A stretch of 50,302 nt of DNA from an uncultured Candidatus Saccharibacteria bacterium (GTDB lineage: Bacteria; Patescibacteriota; Minisyncoccia; Phycocordibacterales; SBAW01). The stretch's first letter is position 1. Every line of letters begins with the position of its first letter. The position numbers were made by a program, and so were the translations under genes. Location: contig CAZMIU010000001.1 in assembly GCA_964566795.1 (NCBI GenBank), forward strand, positions 280,789-331,090. Reading direction: 5' to 3'. Below are positions 7,695-14,806 of this stretch, one piece after another. Under the pieces are notes generated by a model that did no database searches, was not told where the DNA came from, and worked only from the letters and a program-made list of their open reading frames with translations.

Positions 7695-8741
7695 ATGTTT
7701 GACCTTGCCATTATAGGCGGTGGCCCCGCTGGTGTCGCTGCGGGGGTATATGCCGCGCGTAAGCGGCTCAAGACCGTCTACATTACGGAGACCTTTGGCG
7801 GGCAATCCACCGACTCACTCGATATCCAAAACTGGATAGGCACGCCGCATATCCCGGGCGTGGAGCTCGCTAAAACCTTTGAGGCGCACCTGCGCGAGTA
7901 TGCGGGAGATGTTGTAGACATCAAAGCTCCGGAGCGGGCTACTAACGTTGAAAAAGGGGCGAATGGCTTTGTAATTACCACAGACAAAGGTTCGTACGAG
8001 GCTAAAACTGTACTCGTAGCCACAGGCGGCGCACGGCGCAAGCTCGAGGTACCGGGCGCGGCACAATACGAAAACAAGGGCATTGTCTACTGCGCCTCCT
8101 GCGACGGCCCGCTCTTTGCGGGCCAGGACACCGTCGTCATTGGCGCAGGCAACGCCGGGTTTGAGACCGCGGCGCAGCTTTTGGCCTATGCCAAGTCGGT
8201 AACACTCCTCAACCGCCGCGATACGTTTGAGAAGGCCGACGCCAAAACCGTAGAGGCGGTTAAGGCGCACCCCCACATGACCATCCTCACCAACACCGAG
8301 CCTGTGGAGGTCAAAGGCGACAAGTTTGTATCGGGCATCGTGGTTAAAAACACACAGACCGGCGAGCAAAAAGAGATTCCTGCGGGTGGTATCTTTGTCG
8401 AGATCGGGGCGCTCCCGGCGACCGGCTTTGTGCAGGGGTTAATTGAGATGGACCAGTTTGGCCATATCAAGGTAGACCCAAGAACACAGCGTGCGTACCC
8501 ACTTACCCAAACTCAAAAAAATGATTCAGATGCAAGGCGTGGGGAAAGTGCAGAGGGAGGCGTACCTCAAGGTACGATGACCGAGGCACAGGGGCCCCAC
8601 AACGCAGCAGATGAGTCGTTTTTTGGAGTTTGGGCTGCGGGCGACTGCACCGACGGCCTATACCACCAAAACAACATCGCTGCGGGCGACGCGGTTAAGG
8701 CGCTGGAGGACATCTACCTCTATATCAAGTCACACGCCTAG
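7695..8741 (+). CDS. trxB: Thioredoxin reductase-like FAD oxidoreductase carrying an in-frame palindromic insertion
   Basis: GGGPAG, CASC redox centre, GAGNAG, GVWAAGD; about 40 extra residues before GVWAAGD. Confidence 0.88.
   Translation: MFDLAIIGGGPAGVAAGVYAARKRLKTVYITETFGGQSTDSLDIQNWIGTPHIPGVELAKTFEAHLREYAGDVVDIKAPERATNVEKGANGFVITTDKGSYEAKTVLVATGGARRKLEVPGAAQYENKGIVYCASCDGPLFAGQDTVVIGAGNAGFETAAQLLAYAKSVTLLNRRDTFEKADAKTVEAVKAHPHMTILTNTEPVEVKGDKFVSGIVVKNTQTGEQKEIPAGGIFVEIGALPATGFVQGLIEMDQFGHIKVDPRTQRAYPLTQTQKNDSDARRGESAEGGVPQGTMTEAQGPHNAADESFFGVWAAGDCTDGLYHQNNIAAGDAVKALEDIYLYIKSHA
8506..8634 (+). repeat. Palindromic element family 2, in-frame in trxB (129 bp = 43 codons)
   Basis: 23-nt arms CCCAAACTCAAAAAAATGATTCA and TGAGTCGTTTTTTGGAGTTTGGG; inner stems GCGTGGGG/CCCCACAACGC, GTGC/GCAC and CGTACC-TCAA-GGTACG. 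Confidence 0.85.
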
Positions 8742-9883
8742 CGGCAAATGTAGTCGAGGAGCATTTTGTGTACCGTGCGCATGCCCGCTTCCTTGCGCAA
8801 GGCCCGGCGCGCAGAGGGGCTTATTACCGTAACGCTCATATCCTCGAGTTTTTTAAACACTTCGCGCGGCTTGCCAAAGTCTACAATAAGCTCCGACAAG
8901 CCCGCCCTCTCAAACACCTCGGCCACGCCCATGTTGCGGCTAACAAACGCGGGTGTACCGCAGGCCACGGCCTCCTGGGCCACATTGCCGTATGTCTCAA
9001 AATAGGACGGGCATATGATCGCGCCCATGCGCGCATAAAAGTTTGCAAGGTCGGCGTTTTTTGAGTACGACCTGGAGAATTTGACCCGGTCGTGCAGCAC
9101 CTTGGTCGCGTGCTGGCGGCTCACATCATCGGTCAGCACGTGTATCTCAAAAGGCGACCCGGCTTTGCGGTTTATCTCGACAAGCCGGACCAAAAACGCC
9201 GTGTTTTTGATGCGTGTCCAGCGGCCCACAAACCCGATACGGCGCTTGGTCTTGCGGCCTTGCGCCTTAAAAAAGGCGTCGGGTATGGCGTTGGGCAATA
9301 CTGCCGCATGCCTGCGGTATATGGGGTGGCGAAACACCTCGGTCTCCACATGCTTTTTAATCAGCTGCGAGGGAAATATATAGCGTATGTCCGCCCGGTC
9401 AAACGAGGCTTCCATGCTTGCCAAAATGTTTTTTGCGCCGTCCTCCTTCCAGTGCTCGGTCTCTTTGGTAAGAGAGCCGTGATAGTACAGCACCACAGGC
9501 AGCCTTAGCGAGCGGGCGGCCATGACAAGACACCACGGGACAAAATATGTGCCGTTTGCCAGCACAATATCGGGCCGCTCCTCCTTAAGTTTTATCCTAA
9601 ATGCCTCGGTTAGCTCACTGTATGCCTGTCGCAAGTCGTCCAGCGACCGGGCGGAGCGCACCGCATCGCCAAACACAGGCACCGGGCCGCCGTACTCAAG
9701 TATGCGGCCGGAGGGCATGGCGGTTTCTGTCCATCCCTTGCCCGAGGACGTGTGAGACAGCGTGACATACACAAGCTCTATGGGGCCCGACTTCTTAGAC
9801 GACTTTACAAACTCCGAGAAGGAGCCCATAACGCGGCTAATGCCGGCCACATGGGAGGTCTGTACATTTGCGAATATTTTCAT
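8738..9883 (-). CDS. Glycosyltransferase, GT-B fold (GT4-like)
   Basis: FVGRWTRIKN, PSYFETYGNVAQEAVACGTP (E-x7-E motif). Confidence 0.88.
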   Translation of the reverse strand: MKIFANVQTSHVAGISRVMGSFSEFVKSSKKSGPIELVYVTLSHTSSGKGWTETAMPSGRILEYGGPVPVFGDAVRSARSLDDLRQAYSELTEAFRIKLKEERPDIVLANGTYFVPWCLVMAARSLRLPVVLYYHGSLTKETEHWKEDGAKNILASMEASFDRADIRYIFPSQLIKKHVETEVFRHPIYRRHAAVLPNAIPDAFFKAQGRKTKRRIGFVGRWTRIKNTAFLVRLVEINRKAGSPFEIHVLTDDVSRQHATKVLHDRVKFSRSYSKNADLANFYARMGAIICPSYFETYGNVAQEAVACGTPAFVSRNMGVAEVFERAGLSELIVDFGKPREVFKKLEDMSVTVISPSARRALRKEAGMRTVHKMLLDYICR

Positions 9884-9972
9884 ACCGGGTATAAACAGAG
9901 AAATTTCATATCGTTTCGATATGAAATGGGGCCTCTGCCCTACTCCAACTATACTCTCTTAAGAGCATCTGC

Positions 9973-10395
9973 TCAAGCACCCTTGGGTGTGCTGTCTGGC
10001 TCCCCGTCTTTCATCTCTTTTTTTATTTCCTCAAGGTCGCGGTGTATGTGCTGTATCTCCGCTGACAATATTTCAGTCTGTGTTTTCGTTGCCTCGAGCA
10101 TCTCCTTTTCGGTCTTCTCGACCAGCTTTTTTTCTCTCTTAAATCCGGAGATGATGATCGTGTCGCCGATAAAAAACGACACCATAAGCCCCGTCACCAG
10201 GAGTATTGCCGTACCCAGAATAATAGACATGGGGCCATAGAGTATAGGAAAGTGCTCTGCCGTCTCCCAGACTCCCTTCCACACAAGTACGATGCCTACG
10301 GCACCCACCAACGAGTACAGTATCGGATAGCGGCTCAGCGCACTGCGCACTTTGTCCTCGAGCTTGTCAAAAAATGTGTAAATCTTTTTTAGCAT
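9973..10395 (-). CDS. Hypothetical membrane protein (2 TM plus coiled coil)
   Basis: Start moved to MLKKIY (10395); two hydrophobic helices followed by a charged tail. Confidence 0.75.
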   Translation of the reverse strand: MLKKIYTFFDKLEDKVRSALSRYPILYSLVGAVGIVLVWKGVWETAEHFPILYGPMSIILGTAILLVTGLMVSFFIGDTIIISGFKREKKLVEKTEKEMLEATKTQTEILSAEIQHIHRDLEEIKKEMKDGEPDSTPKGA

Positions 10396-10396
10396 A

Positions 10397-10810
10397 TTAC
10401 AGGCGCTTGAGTAGAACAAAGTTACCCCTAAACCCGGACACCCCCGATGCACCCTCGTCTATGTCGCCCACTCTCACCACCACTTGCCCCGGCTCCTCAA
10501 ACACGCCAATTTCTTGCCCGCGGACACCAAACCAGCACACCACGCGCGACTTCTCGTACTCCATATAGTCACCCTCCTCAACGGCACACGTGCCGTCATA
10601 CTCTCCCAGGTCGTAGGTGCCAGAGCTGCTCTTTAGCATCACCTTTGTGCTTGTCTTCTCACCGCTGCCCTGCTGGCTAAAGCGCCACTCGTAGGCGCCG
10701 TCTGCCACACCGGGCGAGTAACTGTCGTGCACAAACACGATATACCCCACACCAAGGAGCAGGACCACAATAAGCCACAGGCGCCATGCACGCTTAATGG
10801 TGCGCATCAT
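10397..10810 (-). CDS. Hypothetical membrane-anchored or secreted protein
   Basis: Basic N-terminus, hydrophobic helix and a soluble domain with two Cys. Confidence 0.75.
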   Translation of the reverse strand: MMRTIKRAWRLWLIVVLLLGVGYIVFVHDSYSPGVADGAYEWRFSQQGSGEKTSTKVMLKSSSGTYDLGEYDGTCAVEEGDYMEYEKSRVVCWFGVRGQEIGVFEEPGQVVVRVGDIDEGASGVSGFRGNFVLLKRL

Positions 10811-10828
10811 AGCTCTAGTATATCAGCG

Positions 10829-11542
10829 CTAAATCTTTTCTATCGTGGTAGCCCACAAGACGCCGTCTATGTCGTAGCTTGTGGTGGACTCGGCCGGGTG
10901 TATGACGCCAGAGACGCGCAGCTTGGTCCCCGTCGGATAGTCGACCGGATAGGTCGACATGAGCGCAGTGTTTATTGCCAGGTGCCCGTCGCTCTGGTCT
11001 AGGGCAATGCCAAACGCGCACTCAGCGGTGTGCGGGCCGTCCCCTTTTTTAGGCAGACACTCCCAGTAGCCCACCACGCTCACGCGCTCGGGCTGCACTG
11101 CGCTCTGCGCACTGCCCTCCATGCGCAGCGATGCGCCCGTGCGGTCGGTACGGTACACGTACTCGCGACCCTTGGCGCGCATCTCGACCCTAAAGCCCTC
11201 TACCAGGGCCGCCAGGCATGACTCCGCCGGGCCGCCAAGCCCGAGGCATCCGTCAGGCCAAGTCCTGTCCTCCACGAGCATGATGGTGATCTCATTTGCC
11301 GTGATGCCGAGCTTGGCAGCCAGGTCGGCGCGCGCCGCCGCAGCGGCGGGCTCGGGCTCCATGCCGTGTATGCCGCCGCTGCCCGGCGCCACGCCGTCGG
11401 CCGATGTAACCGGCACCTGTGTTTGGTTGGTAGTATCCTGTGGAGATGGCGCGGCTCCGGGCCCCTTGCCCGCATACGCCCAGTACCCCGCCCCCGCGAG
11501 CACAACAATAGCAAGCACAACAAACGCTGTTTTGGTGTTCAT
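10829..11542 (-). CDS. Hypothetical membrane-anchored surface protein with WPDGCLG...C motif
   Basis: N-terminal anchor, Pro/Ala linker and two Cys pairs; TACAAT-N6-ATG leaderless start. Confidence 0.8.
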   Translation of the reverse strand: MNTKTAFVVLAIVVLAGAGYWAYAGKGPGAAPSPQDTTNQTQVPVTSADGVAPGSGGIHGMEPEPAAAAARADLAAKLGITANEITIMLVEDRTWPDGCLGLGGPAESCLAALVEGFRVEMRAKGREYVYRTDRTGASLRMEGSAQSAVQPERVSVVGYWECLPKKGDGPHTAECAFGIALDQSDGHLAINTALMSTYPVDYPTGTKLRVSGVIHPAESTTSYDIDGVLWATTIEKI

Positions 11543-11620
11543 ATATGCATTGTAACGGATACGCCGGCCCGCGCTTACATGCGGCTCCTACTGCGCACTC
11601 CCCGGGTGTATAGTGTAGGA

Positions 11621-11995
11621 ATGAGACTGTACCCTTCCCTGGCTAAGCTCATATTCTTTGCCTATATCTTGGCGGCTCTGTTTGGTATATACGGCATGGT
11701 GTCCCTGGGCCACTCAGGGCATAGCGGCTGCCCGGCCTCTGGGGCAGAGCACGCGCTGTGCGTCTCGCCGCTGGAGCACTTGGGCCATTGGCAGGCGGTG
11801 TTTATGGCCATATTCGCAGACCTGCTTGTCCTGCTGTCGTTAGCGGCCGCCCTATGGGTAAGTATTGGCCCCGCAGTTAAAGTACTACAGCCATCTACTT
11901 GGAGGCTGTCCCGCCATGAGCCGCCGCGGCCTACCCTGCTTCAGGAGTTATTTTCGCAAGGTATTTTGCATAGGAAAGAACCGCAAATAGCATAG
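11621..11995 (+). CDS. Hypothetical membrane protein with His/Cys loop, upstream of DUF305
   Basis: Start re-called at MRLYPSL (11621); two TM helices flanking GHSGHSGCP...HALC..PLEH. Confidence 0.6.
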   Translation: MRLYPSLAKLIFFAYILAALFGIYGMVSLGHSGHSGCPASGAEHALCVSPLEHLGHWQAVFMAIFADLLVLLSLAAALWVSIGPAVKVLQPSTWRLSRHEPPRPTLLQELFSQGILHRKEPQIA

Positions 11996-12030
11996 TGGCG
12001 CTATTTACTCGTTCTTAACCTAACAAACAT

Positions 12031-12426
12031 ATGGGCAAACAAACGATTCTTATTGTAGGCGTACTTATTGCACTGGTTGCGGGGTTTGGCGGAGGCTACG
12101 CGGTGCGCGGGGCCCAGGTCGGGCAAGGCATGCACATGATGTCAGGCGGGATGATGATGAACGATGACAATATGGGCGGCCACGGAATGCAGGGCGCCAT
12201 GGACGAAATGATGGAGGGCCTGCGCGGCAAAACGGGCGACCAGTTTGACCAGGCCTTCCTCTTGGAGATGATCATGCACCACGAGGGTGCGGTCGAGATG
12301 GCCGAGGCGGCGCTGCAGCGTGCCAAACACCAGGAGATTAAGGATATGGCGCAGGCGATTATCTCGGCGCAGACCAGCGAGATTACCCAGATGAAGCTGT
12401 GGCAAAAAAATTGGTATACCCGGTAA
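12031..12426 (+). CDS. DUF305 (CopM-like) Met/His-rich metal-binding protein
   Basis: Met-rich stretch and FDQAFLLEMIMHHEGAVEMA motif. Confidence 0.9.
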   Translation: MGKQTILIVGVLIALVAGFGGGYAVRGAQVGQGMHMMSGGMMMNDDNMGGHGMQGAMDEMMEGLRGKTGDQFDQAFLLEMIMHHEGAVEMAEAALQRAKHQEIKDMAQAIISAQTSEITQMKLWQKNWYTR

Positions 12427-12441
12427 CCCCCTTGCCGGTTA

Positions 12442-12474
12442 AAGAAAAACACCCCGTACTGGGGTGTTTTTCTT
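12442..12474. terminator. Bidirectional terminator
   Basis: AAGAAAAACACCCC-GTACT-GGGGTGTTTTTCTT. Confidence 0.85.
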
Positions 12475-12952
12475 ACCCGCGGCGTGCGGCGTCTATTGCC
12501 GCTACGTCTATCTTCTGCATCTTCATCATCGCCTCAAAGGCGCGCTTTGCCTCATCACCGCCCTTGGCCAGAGCCTCGGTGAGCGTGCGCGGCGTAATCT
12601 GCCACGACACGCCCCACTTGTCCTTGCACCAGCCGCACGCGCTTTCCTGCCCGCCGTTTTGTACAATCGCGTTCCAATACTTGTCTGTCTCCTCTTGGCT
12701 CTCTGTCGCTATCTGGAAGGAAAAAGCCTCGCTCTGCTTAAAAGTAGGGCCGCCGTTAAGGCCAATGCAGGGTATGCCCACTACCGTAAACTCTACGGTC
12801 AGTACATCACCCGCCTTGCCGTCCGGGAAGTCGGACGGGGCATAAAAAATCTTGCCCACCGAGCTCTCGGGGAACGTGGCGGCATAAAACTCCGCTGCGG
12901 CAAGCGCCTCTTTGTCGTACCACAGGCACACTGTGTTTTTGGGTGTAGTCAT
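12473..12952 (-). CDS. VOC family protein (PhnB / 3-demethylubiquinone methyltransferase-like)
   Basis: NTVCLWY, LNGGP, CGWCKDKWGVSWQI; start re-called at MTTPK (TATACT-N8-ATG). Confidence 0.92.
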   Translation of the reverse strand: MTTPKNTVCLWYDKEALAAAEFYAATFPESSVGKIFYAPSDFPDGKAGDVLTVEFTVVGIPCIGLNGGPTFKQSEAFSFQIATESQEETDKYWNAIVQNGGQESACGWCKDKWGVSWQITPRTLTEALAKGGDEAKRAFEAMMKMQKIDVAAIDAARRG

Positions 12953-13044
12953 ATGCCTTAAGTATAGCAAATGGGGTGTTTTGGAGCTTTACACGCAGTC
13001 CCAAATACGGCATAGTCCCCCTAGACTCGCAACAGGAGGTCACC

Positions 13045-13428
13045 ATGGCTCATATTCGTATCATCTCCGAGAAAGACGGGATCCGCACTGTCACCGACGG
13101 CGAGGCTACCTGGAGGGAATTTCAGTCGTCGCGCCAGGGCCCAATACACTGGTTCGAGGACGAGGTGCTGCTCCACCCGAGCACGTTCTACACCAAGACA
13201 CTCAACGTGCTCTTCCGCTTGTTTTTCTTGGTGCCGCTCAGCATCCCGGTGTACCAACTGGCTCTCATCTACTACGTGAGCCCATGGGTGGGGCTTAGCG
13301 GTTGGGCGTGGTGGCAGATCGCCATCAAGCTCACAGTTCTTGGCATGCTCTGGGTGCCGGTCATACTTCTTCATATCTGGGTGGCTCAGAGCTCGGTGAG
13401 AGAAAATTACATCGACACAGACGACTAG
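13045..13428 (+). CDS. Hypothetical membrane protein (ORFan cassette)
   Basis: AGGAGGT SD 4 nt before ATG 13045; two C-terminal TM helices; own terminator 13433-13464. Confidence 0.75.
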   Translation: MAHIRIISEKDGIRTVTDGEATWREFQSSRQGPIHWFEDEVLLHPSTFYTKTLNVLFRLFFLVPLSIPVYQLALIYYVSPWVGLSGWAWWQIAIKLTVLGMLWVPVILLHIWVAQSSVRENYIDTDD

Positions 13429-13432
13429 TCGC

Positions 13433-13464
13433 AACACGGCCCCCAAAGGGGCCGTGTTTTTGTT
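13433..13464 (+). terminator. Intrinsic terminator
   Basis: AACACGGCCCC-CAAA-GGGGCCGTGTT followed by T-tract. Confidence 0.82.
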
Positions 13465-13691
13465 TTGTTGGCCTGGCCACAAGTCAAAATCGCTCGTCAG
13501 CGATTTTGCTTGCCGGCCCCGGCGCACGGTTTTGCCAGTGCAAAACAACGTTTGCGCCCGTCACAAGTGGGAGAAAATTGGAACCAACTAGTAGTGGAGC
13601 TTCACCAATGGCAGCGGTTTGGTAAAGCGTTAGACGGGGCTTTCAACAAGTAGGGGTTGCACCACCAGTGGCCAGTTGGTAGTATTTTGGT

Positions 13692-13799
13692 AGAAGGGCG
13701 CAATACAGCTGGTATCCCTCTCACGGGAATAAATGCTTCCCGCCTAAATAACGCCCGCCAATTCTTTTCCAAGCGCTGACTACTCGTCGGCGCTTTTTT
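13692..13799 (+). ncRNA. Candidate orphan small RNA (about 108 nt)
   Basis: TTGCAC-N17-TAGTAT promoter with extended TG (13657-13685); terminator AAGCGCTGAC/GTCGGCGCTT plus T-tract (13771-13799); no ORF longer than 4 codons. Confidence 0.5.
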
Positions 13800-13878
13800 C
13801 TTTGTGTGGTTCCAAGTCCTTAAAATTTCCCGTTTGGGTGCTCCAAACGAACCTTTGTTTACAACCTAATTTTCACCA

Positions 13879-13950
13879 TGACCCTACCGGGAATCGAACC
13901 CGGATTGACGGCTTGAAAAGCCGGTGTCCTAACCGTTAGACGATAGGGCC
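13879..13950 (-). tRNA. tRNA-Glu(TTC)
   Basis: Cloverleaf GGCCCTA...TT-TTC-AA...GGTTCGATTCC...TAGGGTCA; CCA not encoded. Confidence 0.95.
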
Positions 13951-14004
13951 TCTTATTTCCCCTATGCAAAGAATACCCCCAAAGGGGTACTTTTGCATTG
14001 GGTG

Positions 14005-14091
14005 CGGAGAGGGAGAGATTCGAACTCTCGGTGAGGTTGCCCCCACGCCACATTTCGAGTGTGGTGCCTTCGACCACTCAGCCACCTCTCC
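14005..14091 (-). tRNA. tRNA-Ser(CGA)
   Basis: Long variable arm; anticodon arm CCACA-CT-CGA-AA-TGTGG. Confidence 0.95.
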
Positions 14092-14163
14092 GTGACCCAC
14101 AAAATAACACTTTTTGAGCCTATTTGCTACACTTGGGGTCATTAGCCGTTTACCCAAACACCT

Positions 14164-14586
14164 ATGAACAGCGTTGTACATTTTGAGATGGGCTATCACG
14201 ACCGCGAGAGGATAAAGAAGTTCTACACAGACGCGTTTGGTTGGAGCATGCAGCAGATGGGGGCTGAGATGGGCAATTATGTGGTGGCGCACACTGCACA
14301 GACCGATGCAAACGGCATGATACAAAAGCCGGGCGCCATAAACGGCGGCTTTTACCAGAAGGAGGGTCCCGACTCCGAGGCGCCGTCGGTTGTTATCGCA
14401 GTCGATGATATCCATGCCTCGATGAAGGCCGTCGAGGCCGCGGGTGGCAAGATTCTGGGCGGTATGCAGCAAGACGGCACTCACACCATGGAGCCAACCA
14501 TGATACCGGGCGTGGGGCTTTGGATATCCATCAAAGACACCGAGGGCAACCGCGTGAGCATGCTGCAGCCAAACCCACGAAACTAG
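14164..14586 (+). CDS. VOC family glyoxalase-like protein
   Basis: VVHFEM...FYTDAFGW, INGGF, IPGVG...DTEGNRVSMLQ. Confidence 0.9.
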   Translation: MNSVVHFEMGYHDRERIKKFYTDAFGWSMQQMGAEMGNYVVAHTAQTDANGMIQKPGAINGGFYQKEGPDSEAPSVVIAVDDIHASMKAVEAAGGKILGGMQQDGTHTMEPTMIPGVGLWISIKDTEGNRVSMLQPNPRN

Positions 14587-14588
14587 TC

Positions 14589-14664
14589 TGGTGCGCGGTA
14601 TAGGACTTGAACCTATGACCCTCCCCACGTCAAGGGGATGCTCTACCAACTGAGCTAACCGCGC
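14589..14664 (-). tRNA. tRNA-Val(GAC)
   Basis: Cloverleaf with TCCCC-TT-GAC-GT-GGGGA and encoded CCA. Confidence 0.95.
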
Positions 14665-14769
14665 GAACGAGGTACCCAAACACAAGCTCGCTTGTATTTG
14701 GGCCGAGTGAAGCGCGGTTATTCCGAATATCCGCGCGCACTACGCCGACACAATAGCATTTTTAGGCCA

Positions 14770-14801
14770 AAAGAAAAAGCGCCGACCCTTGGGTCGGCGC
14801 T
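14770..14801 (-). terminator. Intrinsic terminator of the HAD cassette
   Basis: AGCGCCGACCC/GGGTCGGCGCT stem with a T-tract on the minus strand. Confidence 0.82.
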
Positions 14802-14806
14802 GTGCT

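Noticed and set aside
6044-7771. 575-aa minus-strand ORF
   Set aside because: Antisense shadow of ftsZ in GC-rich DNA; low-complexity Ser/Ala/Pro translation with no start signals.
8506-8634. trxB insertion as an intein or self-splicing intron
   Set aside because: No Cys/Ser start or His-Asn end, far too short for group I or II introns, and the reading frame is preserved without splicing.
13465-13653. 62-aa TTG-start ORF in the gap before tRNA-Glu
   Set aside because: It starts in the terminator T-tract and has no SD, -10 box or protein-like features.
13879-14664. tRNA-anchored prophage or integrative element
   Set aside because: No integrase and no duplicated tRNA 3' end in the window; the only match (about 9 nt at 20771) is at chance level.
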